Shown in pieces: positions 25,050-37,745 of a DNA stretch of 64,000 bases. How positions within the stretch are numbered: position 1 is the stretch's first letter; each line of letters begins with the position of its first letter. Source of the stretch: Octopus sinensis (taxonomy: Eukaryota); the NCBI RefSeq assembly GCF_006345805.1, contig NC_043002.1:90582001-90646000 (forward strand). The letters are read 5' to 3'. The notes under the pieces are model-generated. The model did not search any database, was not told the origin of the DNA, and saw nothing but the letters and a program-made list of their open reading frames with translations. The position numbers and the translations under genes are program-made.

Positions 25050-25605
25050 ATCAAAATCAAAATCAAAATCAAATTCGATGGCTGCCGTCTGTGCTAGCGG
25101 GGTGCAAAGAGCACCATACGAGTGTGATCGTTGACTGAGCGGCTAACCGGCTTCCGTGCCAGTGGCACATAAAAGGCACCATTCGAGTGTGATCGTTACC
25201 AGCATTGCCTTACTGGCACTCGAGACCCATGCTAGTAGGGTGTTAAGAGCACTATCCGAGCTTGATCGTTGCCAGAGCGGCGATCTGGCCCTTGTGCTGG
25301 TGGCATGTAAAAGACACCATCTGAGCGTAATCATTACCAGCATCGCCTGACTGGCACCTGTGCCAGTGGCATATGTAAAAGATTCGAGCGAGGTCGTTGC
25401 CAGTACCGCCTGACTGGCCCCATGTTGGTGGCATGTTAAAGCACCTACTACACTCTCGGAGTGGTTGGAGTTAGGAAGGGCATCCAGCTGTAGAAACTCT
25501 GCCAGATCAAGATTGAAGCCTAGTGCAGCCATCTGGTTTGCCAGCCCGCAGTCAAATCGTCCAACCCATGCTAGCATGGAAAGCGAACGTTAAACGATGA
25601 TGTAT
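25050..25605 (+). mobile_element. RTE 3'-UTR (family F) with an expanded internal repeat array
   Basis: Repeated 'gagtgtgatcgttaccagcat(t/c)gcc..actggcac...gtggcacataaaaggcacc' units followed by the F tail and (GAT)n. Confidence 0.75.
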
Positions 25606-26230
25606 GTGTGTCTTTGTGCATGTATTTATCTCCCCCCCACTACCTTTTGACAACTGGTGTGGTTAAGTCCTTGTAACTTAGCAGTTCAGCAAAACAGAAA
25701 TTCATAGAATAAGTACTAGGCTGGAAAATAACTACTCAGCTTGATTTATTTGACTAACCCCTTCAAGGTGATGCCCCGGTATATGCATAGTCTAATGTAT
25801 GAAACAAGTAAAAGATATAAGACAGCAGGAACTGGAAAACCCCCTTGTTAAAAACTCAGTGAAGCTAAAAATAGATTGGTCAGCCAAAATAAAAGTAGGC
25901 CATCAGCTAAGTATTAGACTATTTACAAATGTATTATTCACAGATGGCATTACTTTAGGCGTCGTTTAGGAGTTTCTTTTTCAATTTTTCAACCATGAAG
26001 CTCACCACACCCAAACACTTCCGGAGTGAAAAGAAACAAAGGCCCTGATTGTTTACAACTGATGGCATATAGCAAAGTATAGAACCCCTTTTTGTTGAAG
26101 ATGAAAGATTTCAAGTGGAAATTAAGAAATGTCTCAAGAGAGGGACCACATTTCTCAATCAGCTGACAGTAGTGGTGATGTAACGTGGGTATTGTATTTA
26201 CAGATTTACCATTTCCATGTAAAATCTTCA

Positions 26231-26272
<42 letters not shown>

Positions 26273-26349
26273 TTAAGCACTTTTCAATCAGTCTGTCTAC
26301 ATTTGATGCATGTGTTTTAATGTTCTGGGTGTGGAGCTCAGGTAGAAAC

Positions 26350-26401
26350 ATCACCATAATCGTTATTGTTGTTGTTGTCGTCATCGTTGTCATCGTCATC
26401 G

Positions 26402-26480
<79 letters not shown>

Positions 26481-26505
26481 CCTCATCATCATCATCATCA
26501 AACAT
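26350..26505. repeat. (GTT)n(GTC)n(ATC)n trinucleotide tract
   Basis: Direct reading; gives the poly-I and poly-M ORFs. Confidence 0.95.
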
Positions 26506-26804
26506 TCGTTTTCCACACTGTCATGGGCTGGACTTAGACACTTAGATGAAAGGTTTAGTAATAAAAAAGTAAAACAATAAAAATGTAATTTAACACACAC
26601 ACACACACACACACATATGTATGCATGTCTGTATGTATATGCATGCATATTTATGTGAATGTATATTCTTATGTATTGTATATATAGGAATGTAGAATGT
26701 ATAAATCTGTTTCTGTAATTCTGAATACATATATGTATTTATATATATATATTTGTTCCTGTCTGCCTGTCTTGGTAGAACCTTACATCCTCTCGCAGAA
26801 CAGA

Positions 26805-26929
26805 GAAGCCTGCACATACATACATACATACATACATACATACATACATACATACATACATACATACATACATACATACATACACACACACACATACATA
26901 CATACATACATACATACACACACATACAT

Positions 26930-26966
<37 letters not shown>

Positions 26967-27060
26967 TATATACATATACACACACATATACATACATACA
27001 TACACACACACATACATACATACATACATATATACATACATACATATATACATACGTATA
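26805..27060. repeat. (TACA)n/(CA)n microsatellite
   Basis: Direct reading. Confidence 0.95.
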
Positions 27061-28152
27061 TGGGACAAAAGTTCCTTATTTACCATTAGTAACAGCTTAA
27101 GGTGGACAAGGAATCCAAATATAGTGCTTGCAGGGTGGAGAGTAGAGATATGAGTGATAATGTGAGAGTGTGAGGTGGGGTTCTTGCTTTTGGCAGGGTG
27201 TATGTGTATGTGTGTGTGTGTGTTTTTTTTCTTTTGCAAGACTATCAGGATATATCTATGACACAGATGAAGGAAGCATATACCCAGACTAGCTGCTAGT
27301 GGCAAGAAAAACTTTGTCTTAGTGACTCTCTCTCTCTGCTCCTCTCTCTATCTTTTCTCCTGCCCTTTTCTTTCTCTCTCTTACACACCCACACACAGAC
27401 ACACAAATACACAAACATATTCACTTTCTCTTTCTCACAATGAAGTTTCTCAGTGTAATGTTTTGAGAAGGCTCTGCTTAAATACTTTTGGAACAGCATA
27501 TTCCTGTCTGTGCCGGCTTGTCACCGACGCTGCTAACATCATAATAACCATTCCTCAAAACTTTACCACCATCACCACCAACACCATTTCTGACACTACC
27601 AACATTAAATCTAAGGAAGACAGTAAGACCAGAGAAAACATGGGTTCCAAGAAAGCAAACAATACCATTGACCTTAAAAACACAATTGTTTTGAAAAGTT
27701 CACACTCTGTCAAAGACTCACATATGTAAAATGTAAATATGACTATTTGTTTATAAATTTATGTAAAAAATAATCTGATTTGACACACATACAAACGACC
27801 ATAATGTCATACGAAAACACATGTAATCCATCCAACTCTCTTGCTAACACACACACACACACACACATGCATGCTTAATCATACACACACACACACACAC
27901 ACACATACATTTGTTATGTAATGCATATACATACTTGATTTATATTATTGCATGGTTGTGTTGCATCTATATTAAATTGTTTCTAACTATGTGTGCGTGT
28001 GTGTATGTGTGTCTATGTACATACGTATGTACATGTGTGTGTGTGTGTGTGTGTGCGTGCGTGCATGTTTGCTATGTATTGTGTGGCACGTGTGTGTATG
28101 TGTGAATGTACTTAGATATGTGTATATATAATTATAGACAGGTGTCTATATA

Positions 28153-28194
<42 letters not shown>

Positions 28195-28203
28195 TGGCAT
28201 GTA

Positions 28204-28246
<43 letters not shown>

Positions 28247-28278
28247 ATAAATATGTATGTGTGTTTGTGTATATAATT

Positions 28279-28330
<52 letters not shown>

Positions 28331-28929
28331 ACATACGTACATACATATGTGTATGTATGTATTGTGTGTATGAATATATATATATATATATACACATTTA
28401 TCATCATCATCAGTATCATCAAACGACACTGCTGCTGCTGCTGATGGGGATAAATAAGCACGAATACAAATTTATGTGCACATGTGTGTGTGTGTATATA
28501 TGCACATGTAGATATATGTACATATGCATGTGTATGTTTCTCTGTGTGTGTGTGTGTGTGTGTGTGTAGAATCCACGCCGAAAATGGAATGAGTGAGCGA
28601 GACGTAGTACTCAACCATTTAAGAGGGCCCTAACTCCATATGAGAATGGACTTGAACTGCGGTGGACCATCCAACTTTAGCCAGTATGGACAAACCACAC
28701 ACACACACTTCCTCTCTCTCTTTCCTTTTCTTTCTCTATTTTTCTCTTCTGTATGAGAATAAAACATGTATAACTATCGTTGTGCGTATCAATAGGAAAG
28801 ATCGAGGAAGTGAGGGGTGGGTGGAGGTATATCTCATGCTGCAGTAATACTTATTGAATGTTGTGCATAAATACAAACACACATGCAAATTACATCTTAC
28901 TCTTATATATACATGTTAAATGTTACATT

Positions 28930-28963
<34 letters not shown>

Positions 28964-29044
28964 CCATCATCAATTGCATCGTTTTATGTCTATATTCCAT
29001 GCTGACATATATACACAAATATAGTGAATATTTAGCACACATAC

Positions 29045-29490
29045 GCATGCACATACACACATGAGCATGTACACACGCACACACACACACATGTAAGCAT
29101 GCACACATAACACATATACATATGCATGTACATAGAGAGACATCCATATTTTCATATATCACATGCTATACACATGTGCCTGCACACACACACACACACG
29201 CACACACATACACATGAGCATGTGTATACACAGACACACGCACATGTATGCATGCACACATAACACATATACATATGCATGTACATAGAGAGACGTCCAT
29301 ATTTACATATATCGCATGCTACACACATGTGCATGCACACACATACACACACACACATACATACACGTGAGCATGTGTATACACACACACACACGCACAT
29401 GTAAGCATGCACACATAACACATACACATATAAACGTACATAGAAAACCATATTTACATACATTGCATGCTAGACATGTGCATGCACGCC
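29045..29490. repeat. ~150-bp tandem repeat x3 built from degenerate CA/TA microsatellite
   Basis: 'gcatgcacacataacacata...gtacatagagagac.tccatattt.catatatc.catgcta' recurs three times. Confidence 0.75.
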
Positions 29491-29775
29491 CCCCTCCCCC
29501 GACATCCACACACATGCGTGCACGTGCACACACACATACATACAGACACAAGCATCTATTTATTGTACATATTTTCCTTCTTCTGACATCCATCTCCACT
29601 TAGGTAACTTCTGGGGTTCTCGTCTGATTCACCATTTCTGACGTGTGTAGGTGCATAAGCGTATGTGTGTGTAGGTGTGTTGTGTGTTGAGTATGCGTGT
29701 GGCATAACAGCAGGATGTATTATAAGTCTTGATATATGCACTTTGTGCATTTTCACATGTACTACTACTACTACC

Positions 29776-29807
<32 letters not shown>

Positions 29808-30108
29808 CACAACCACTACTACTGCTACTGCTACTGCTACTGCTGCTGCTGCTGCTACTACTACTACTACAACAACAACAACATAAATTATAATAATATT
29901 CCTTTCTACCATAGGCACAAGGCCTGAAATTTACATTGTTTATGTTGATTTGAGTACTTATTTCATTGAACCCACCCCTCCCCCAATAAAAGGACAGAAG
30001 GCAAAGTTAGCCTTGGTGGAAATTGAACTCAGAACATAAAACCAGAAGAAATGCTGCTAAGCCTTTTGTCTGGCATGTTAATGATTCTGCCTGCTCACCA
30101 TCTTAATG

Positions 30109-30195
<87 letters not shown>

Positions 30196-30201
30196 TAATA
30201 A

Positions 30202-30756
30202 ATGCCCTGGTGCACTACCAGACAGTGGCTCTCATGGCTTCTGATTTTAACTGACTGGAAGTGTTATCATGTACATTGTTTTGTCTTGGTATAGAAGATG
30301 GCCTACTGCAAATATTCTGCTCAATACCACAGATTTACTTGTCAGTTGTTTGACCATAACCAGTTGAGCATGTCCCTTAGGGGCTGACGATATGTGTATC
30401 TCAGATCACAAGCAGAAGTAATAGGGGAGCATCATAGCCATGTGGTGAAGGGAATTCTTTGTGGTTTGGATAATTCACCTTCGGAAACATGGGTGTTTTG
30501 TTCAACATCCTTAAACAACCCATATTCAGGTCCTTTTGGGCAGGATGGGCTACTCGACCTGTTGAAAATTCTAACCGCACCCTACCTGCAAGGTCATGTG
30601 CTGTTTATTTTGATATGAGATCACTATGTCGCGCACATATGGTTGTGATGCATGTGCCTGGTGTACCCTTATCAGACGGGTAGTCATGATGGGTATACTG
30701 GGCTTCGTATATTTTACCTCAGTGTCAATTTGGTGGTATGCACTGCTCTCTCACTC
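30202..30756. mobile_element. ~555-bp interspersed repeat (family H) bracketed by (AAT)n
   Basis: Colinear second copy at 52847-53391 with the same two ends, both within (AAT)n tracts. Confidence 0.8.
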
Positions 30757-30789
<33 letters not shown>

Positions 30790-30964
30790 CCTTTCTACTG
30801 AAGGCACAACGCCTGAAATTTTGGAAGGGACTAGTCAACTACATCAGCCCCAGTGTTTCACTGGTACTTAATGTATCGACCCCAAAAGGAATTTGATCTC
30901 AGAACGAAAAGATAGATGAAATGCTGCCAGGCATACTAACAATTCTGTTAACACACTGCCTTCC

Positions 30965-31003
<39 letters not shown>

Positions 31004-31401
31004 TAATAATAACAATCTTTTCTACTATTGGCACAAAGTCTGTGCTTAAAAATAGCGAAACCTATTGCTCTTCTGCTAAGACACTCTAAGTCCCTCCTAT
31101 AGACTTCCATAATTTTTTGCACATATGATCCAGTATATTGATTGATACATCAATTTCCAGCTATTATTGAAATGGCCACAACAGATTAATGAATGTGGTA
31201 CCACCATCTTTATTCCTTTCATTATTTTATTTCATATTCTGCCACAGTTGATCATTTCTAGGATGTTCAGGTTGTAGAACACTTTGGATTTACCAGATGA
31301 CCCTTTCTCTCTATACATCCTCTTAGGCATGATTTTGCACTGAGCACTGCTTGAGGTATTTGTCTGCATTTCCTGAATCCCTCTTTCTCTTTATATATAT
31401 A

Positions 31402-31770
31402 CTAGCACTATGACCCAGCAATGCCGGGTCATAGTGCAAGTGCATGCATATACAGCTGCATGCATGCGCACATACACGTGAGTACTGTCCAAATCTCCGA
31501 CCAATCACATACAGCTAGCTGGCATTCAATTGGCGTATTAAGTTTCGGGCATTTTGATTGGGTTTTGGATAGAAAATTCACAAAAATAGAAAATTCACCC
31601 TTTGCAGGGTGACTGGGGAAATGTAAAGATGTGCACGACCACCCTTGGACAGGTTTGAATGAAAATAGAAAGTGTGAGCCCTCTAACTGAAAAATTGTGG
31701 ATTTGTATAAAGGACACGCACACACACACACACACACAGACAGACATTTTGCCGTTTATATATATAGAGA
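31402..31770 (-). mobile_element. Non-autonomous Helitron, second family
   Basis: Minus strand starts 'TCtctatatatataaacggcaaaatg' and ends with a 12-bp hairpin (31405-31416 / 31426-31437) running into CTAG; A|T insertion site. Confidence 0.8.
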
Positions 31771-32294
31771 TATATATCAAAGTGTACAATATTATGTATC
31801 CATTATGGCTGATCTTACCAATCCGTTCTGCAGTAGGTGTTCAACTGAGTATTAGATCTGACTACATAACCCTGTGGCCATCAGAAGTAGCCATTATGAA
31901 ATGAAATATGGCAACTGCTCTCTGCTGTTGGAGGTGCATAGACACATTCAGTTTGTGGTTCCTGTGAAAAAGATGATGAAATGAATCGTGCACGGGATTG
32001 AGTTAAGAGTTATGTCCCTTGGTGCCAAAACATTGTCTCATATGTATGTTTGCGCATACGCACACATATGCATACACACACACACACACACACATACACA
32101 CATAAGATTAAGGTATGGAGTAGATAAAATCTAGGCTATATATGTTTCAGAATGAGTGGACCCTCGGAAGTGGTAAATATTTAAGTGAGATGTATACCAC
32201 AGGCTACTCTTTAGGCCAAGGATATCTTGATTAAATGGATTGCTTGAAGCTAACTTTCTTCCTAAACCTTGATCTTTGGATCTATATTCATATA

Positions 32295-32710
32295 GAGAGT
32301 GGCTGTGTGGTAAGTAGCTTGCTAACCAACCACATGGTTCCGGGTTCAGTCCCACTGTGTGGCACCTTGGGCAAGTGTCTTCTGCTATATCCCCGGGCCG
32401 ACCAATGCCTTGTGAGTGGATTTGGTAGACAGAAACTGAAAGAAGCCTGTCGTATATATGTATATATATATATATCTGTGTGTATGTGTTTGTGTGTCTG
32501 TGTTTGTCCCCCTAGCATTGCTTGACAACCGATGCTGGTGTGTTTACGTCCCCGTCACTTAGCGGTTCGGCAAAAGAGACCGATAGAATAAGTACTGGGC
32601 TTACAAAGAATAAGTTCCGGGGTCGATTTGCTCGACTAAAGGCGGTGCTCCAGCATGGCCGCAGTCAAATGACTGAAACAAGTAAAAGAGCAAAGGAGTA
32701 AAAGAGATAT
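32295..32710 (+). mobile_element. SINE family A, young full-length copy
   Basis: Many CpGs retained; complete head, body and tail ending 'gtaaaagagcaaaggagtaaaagag'. Confidence 0.92.
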
Positions 32711-32761
32711 GAAAGCAGAAATGAAAAGGCAAATAGTTTGGCAAGATTTGACAAGGACATT

Positions 32762-33217
32762 GATTTCAAGGTGCATGAGCTGGCAGAAACGTTAACACAC
32801 TGGGCAAAATGCTTAACGATATTTCGTCTGCTGCAACATTCTAAGTTCAAATTCCACTGAGGTCGACTTTGCATTTCATCCTTTCGGGGTCGATTAAATA
32901 AGTACCACTTATGCACTGGGATCGATATAATCGACTTAATCCATTTGTCTGTCCTTGTTTGTCCCCTCTGTGTGTAGCCCCTTGTGGGTAGTAAAGAAAT
33001 AAAAATGTTATCACGCCGGGTAAAATGCTTAGAGGCATATCGTCTGCCGCTACATTCCGAGTTCAAATTCCGCCGAGGTCGACTTTGCCTTTCATCCTTT
33101 CGGAATCAATTAAATAAGTACCAGTTACCACACTGGGGTCGATATAATCGACTTAATCTGTTTGTCTGTCCTTGTTTGTCCCCTCTGTGTGTAGCCCCTT
33201 GTGGGCAGTAAAGAAAT
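32762..33217 (+). mobile_element. SINE family B tandem dimer (alternative tail) with one 19-bp TSD
   Basis: Two units ending 'tgtcccctctgtgtgtagccccttgtggg(t/c)agtaaagaaat'; TSD 'aagatttgacaaggacatt' at 32743-32761 and 33218-33236. Confidence 0.9.
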
Positions 33218-34135
33218 AAGATTTGACAAGGACATTTAATCTAGCTGCTTGAGACTATATAACAAAAAATTTTACATAGTCTCTAGCAGTTGTTTCTAGA
33301 ATATTCCAGCTATTCGAACAACATGTTGAGCAAGGCTTCCACAGGTCAAGTATGCTGTCAGCAGAGAAAGATAGGTTAAGGTTAAATAACAGTAGAAGAA
33401 TATTCCTCATCAATGATATTGCTGTGGTTCATTTCATCAAGAAAGGGAGGAGAAATCCAATTTTCTTTGTTTGTTCATGGATTTACCTAATGAATGCCTG
33501 TTTTAATTGGATTTAATTAGATCGATTCCTGCAGTCATACATAAGGACTTCCAGTAGCAACCCTCTCCAGCCAGAGTTTAACCACCCTCTCCACCAGCTT
33601 CTAATAGTCATCTGAGTTGAATGTAAGGCCCTATTAATCAGTTGTTGGATGAATTCCAGCATGTAGACACAGCCAGAATTCCTGTCTTAACCCTCCCTTC
33701 TGGCCACATCCTTTTAGTGTATCTTGCAGTAGTCATGATGTCAACACTTTGATACTTAGCATGAATCACCATGATACAGGTAACGCTTGACCAGTATCCA
33801 GCTGACTTCAACTCCTCCATGTCAGCTAACATTTTCTCAACTACATCTTTAGTTTTTATGCTCTCCAGATTAATTGGTGACTGCTCGCCAATACATCAAA
33901 CTGTTCCTGAAAAAAAGAGAAGACATTAAAAAAACCAGTCAAATTTAGCCTGAACAACCTGTGTAATATACTATAGAACTTATCTGTAGGTTTATTAGCC
34001 GACACTGTAATTTTACAACACATGCAAACAATATCTCTGTAGCATCTATGGCTATGAAACAGAACACTGTAAATGTGACAGTAGCTTACATATATATATA
34101 TATATATACGCATACATACATAAATATATACATAC

Positions 34136-34168
<33 letters not shown>

Positions 34169-34170
34169 AT

Positions 34171-34218
<48 letters not shown>

Positions 34219-34432
34219 ATATACTGGAGTAAACACATAAATGTGAAACAAGGTAGAAAAAAGTGCACTCAAATACCAGAGGTAGAGTAATATATATATA
34301 TATGTGTGTGTGTATATATATATATATATATAATATATATATATATATACATACACAGACACCCTTATACACACAGATATAGCTTCATACACACACACAT
34401 GATAGATAGAGAGATAGATAGATAGATAGATG

Positions 34433-34478
<46 letters not shown>

Positions 34479-34796
34479 CAAACACACAGGCAGACATATA
34501 TAACTTTAAATAATGTATATACCTATAACTTTATATGTACACAAATATGACTGAACTCTACTATATTTTAACAGGATTTACTGCTTCCCAATCTTGTAAT
34601 GCTTTTATCCATTTTAATATCTGTTGCTTTTAACTTATATTTGAGAATTGATGTTTATGTGTAGGTGGATTGATGTTAATGTGTATAGGACTGTAAACAT
34701 GAAGAAACTGCACACTGTGCATGTTGTCAATAAAAGTGATTGCATGTCAATAGAAAAATCTGTGTAAATGGTGCATCGATATATTTGGAACAGGCA

Positions 34797-35070
34797 GTAT
34801 TATAGTCATGTGTGACTATAACCATGTAGGTTTGGTGTTTACCCTGAAGTTGTCTATAACTTAGCAGGTCTATGATCAAAGACATTCCATTCATGACCTT
34901 TTCAACATTTTGTAAGTACAGTGCAGTTTAGTATTGTAGTCATAGTGTGACTACAACCATGTAGTTTTGATGTTTACTCTGAAGTTATCCATGACTGAGC
35001 AGGTCTATAATCAAAGACATTCCATTCATGACCTTTCCAACATTTTAACATTTTGCTGGTACAGTGCAGT
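34797..35070. repeat. ~135-bp tandem duplication
   Basis: 'tagtcat.gtgtgacta.aaccatgtag...gcaggtctat.atcaaagacattccattcatgacc...gtacagtgcagttt' present twice. Confidence 0.85.
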
Positions 35071-35103
35071 TTGGATAACACAGTCTGCTGTGTTTTGTTT
35101 TAA

Positions 35104-35335
35104 CCTTTTAGTGTTTAAACTGGCCATGCCTGGCCAAAATATTCCAGCAGGTCTTGGCAATGAAACAGTTCAAAATGACAAGATGCAGCCTCTCACACCT
35201 ACCCTACAATGTCATTCTAAAAATAAACAATTATATCATCAAAATCTCAAAGCTACAAGATAATGCATAATTAATTAAAAACAATATGGATCAATAAGCA
35301 TTACATTCGACAGAGTAATCTGAATGCTTTAGGTT
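35104..35335. mobile_element. Degenerate TTAA-type MITE (partial relative at 49968-50080)
   Basis: Begins ttaa-cctttt; shares 'cacaccta.cctacaatgtcattctaaaaat' with the 50040-50080 copy. Confidence 0.6.
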
Positions 35336-35619
35336 TTAGTGGTTATGTGTAATTTCAAAGAGATTTAGCTGCCATATCTAGCATGTCAAAAGGATTTTGT
35401 AGAGGCTCTCTCACATCCAACAGTTTATACATTTTCTATACATTGTGCATCTGTGCATCTTGTGCATTACATCACTCATCTTCATTGAAATGCATGCTGG
35501 TATAGCAGTGTGGTTTAGAAGCTCCTTTCTCAGCCACATTGTTTTGGGGTTCAATTCCAGTGCACAACTTTTTTAGGTTTCAGCCATACCCTTCAACTGA
35601 CCAATACCTTTGAGTGGAA

Positions 35620-36590
35620 TTTGATAGCTATGGAACAGCTTTGTGGCTGGAGCAAGGCACCAGTCAAACAAAGAATGCTTTGTTTCAGCCACAGATCTGC
35701 TGTTTCCATAGCTTTCAGCAAGTTATCATGTAGAAAATCCCAATTGTCCTCTCTGGGTTATAGGTCTCTATCATCTTCCCTTCATCATATGCTCCATTTT
35801 GAATCACTCACAACATACAGGCCCAGTTGTGGTTGTGTGGTGAGGTGTTTCCTTCCCAACCATATGGTTCTGGTGGTTCAGTCCCATTGCATGACACCTT
35901 GGGCAAGTGTCTTTTACTATAGCCTCAGGCCAACTAAAATCTTGTGAGTGGATTTGGTAGATTGAAACTGAAAGAAACCCATCATGTGTATGTGTGCTTG
36001 TTTGTCCTCCACCACTACTTGACAATGTGTGTTGGTGTGTTTATATCCCCATAACTTAACAGTTCTGCAGAAGAGAAGAACAGAATAAGTGCTAGATTTA
36101 AAAACAGATAAGTATGGGGGTCGATTCATTTGACTAAAAGTTATTCAGACAGTGCCCCAGCATGGCCACAGTCTAATGCCTGAAATAAGTAAAAGATAGA
36201 AAATAAATGATAAATATATTTAGCAGTGAAAGCTTTTAGTTTCCACACCTTCCTTGCAACCACCTTTTGTCTTTCAGTCCATCAAGCTCTTACTCTGAAA
36301 TCATTATGTTGGGTCTGGGTGGCACATTCTTCAGGAAAACCCTTAATATTTGCCTATCCCAATGCCTGGTGAGAATGAATTATATCTGGTTTGTATGTCC
36401 CCCTCATTGAAAAGGGATTAAGTGGCTAGTTGGCTTCTTAAGATTTGTGTTGCAAATGGTTTGCTCATTTGCATCACAGGACTGTGAAAAAAAATACCAT
36501 GATTCCTCCTCGCTTTGAAAGACCATATCCATAACTACTATGTACTCCAGGATAGCCTTCATGGTTCATTGAAGAACCAGCCAAGATAAA
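35620..36590 (-). pseudogene. Old RTE LINE endonuclease/linker remnant, interrupted by SINE A (35825-36205)
   Basis: Minus-strand peptides YPGVHSSYGYG.., SCDANEQTICNTNLKKPTSHLIPFQ*GGHTNQI*FIL, RKVWKLK and EDNWDFLHDNLLKA..QICG fit the RTE APE C-terminal and linker regions. Confidence 0.7.
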
Positions 36591-36714
36591 TGGTACTATC
36601 ATCTGTTAGACAACAGTATGCATGAGGGCATCTTATTTGTTTATTTGTCCTTCCATCTGTTTATCCATTCATCCTCCATCAATTCATCCATCCATCCACC
36701 ACTCTCTCTCTCTT

Positions 36715-36745
<31 letters not shown>

Positions 36746-36748
36746 GTA

Positions 36749-36787
<39 letters not shown>

Positions 36788-36857
36788 CAGGGTCAATACT
36801 TGATAAGTGTAAGCACCTGTATATATACCAGCTAGTAGCAGAGGTGAGAGGGTATAT

Positions 36858-37131
36858 GTATCAAATGAAATCAAAAACAGAACACAGAGGATGTCGCGGT
36901 TCACGTGTTTCAAGCTTTATAAACGACCTATTCTTACATCAGTGTATAATAGACATAAAGGATGGTTTAGAGCTCTCTTCAGCCACATGGAATAACAACT
37001 GCATGTGGCTGAAGAAAGCTTTAAACCATCCTTTATGTCTATTATACACTGATGTAAGACTAGGTTGTTTATAAAGCTTGAAACACGTGAACCGCGACAT
37101 CCGCTGTGTTCTGTTTTTTATTTCATTTGAT

Positions 37132-37133
<2 letters not shown>
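36858..37133. repeat. Fold-back inverted repeat (~132-bp arms, 12-nt spacer); MITE-like
   Basis: The arms 'gtatcaaatgaaa...cttcagccacatg' and 'catgtggctgaag...tttcatttgatac' are reverse complements with few mismatches. Confidence 0.85.
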
Positions 37134-37167
<34 letters not shown>

Positions 37168-37283
37168 CATATGTGTGTGTGTATACATCCAATCCATAAT
37201 GGTTAGTATAACAATGCACACACACACACACATGTATATACTCCCGTTTGCATGCATACGAACAGACATATGCATTATTGGAA

Positions 37284-37329
<46 letters not shown>

Positions 37330-37702
37330 TAAACAGATTGACTAATGTCAAATGATTATTTTGTTTTATCCAGATTTATTTCAGTAATCCCATTAGAGCA
37401 AGTTACTAATAACATGGGAGATAAAAAGTTACTTGTTAGATGACTTAGTGTGCATGTATGTGAGTTTATGTGTTTGTGTTCTGTGTGTGTAATAGATATA
37501 TAAAAATATGTGTATGTTGAATATGTTTAATGTATTTAGAATTATATATTTTATATTATCATTTTCAGAATTTACATAAATTTTCGTATTAACATTCTTT
37601 GTACATTTTTTGTTCTCATCTATGTGACATCTTCCTCTCAGTAATTATGTGTATATCTGTTTATAAATGTTTCTGTGTGCATGTGTGTATGTGTGTATGT
37701 TG

Positions 37703-37745
<43 letters not shown>

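Noticed and set aside
25150-25440. Repeat-spacer-like pattern
   Set aside because: Degenerate tandem units inside an RTE 3'UTR; the 'spacers' are themselves repeated.
25989-26648. 219-aa ORF, the longest outside TEs
   Set aside because: Driven by (GAT)n poly-Met and (TA)n/(TG)n tracts.
27322-27729. 135-aa ORF with a Thr/Asn-rich second half
   Set aside because: Starts in (CT)/(CA) repeats, contains (ACC)n-like sequence, and the opposite strand is equally open; no homology recognised.
31500-31620. Host gene promoter with CCAAT boxes and NF-kB-like sites
   Set aside because: Lies inside a Helitron with both termini intact; kept only as a TE-borne motif observation.
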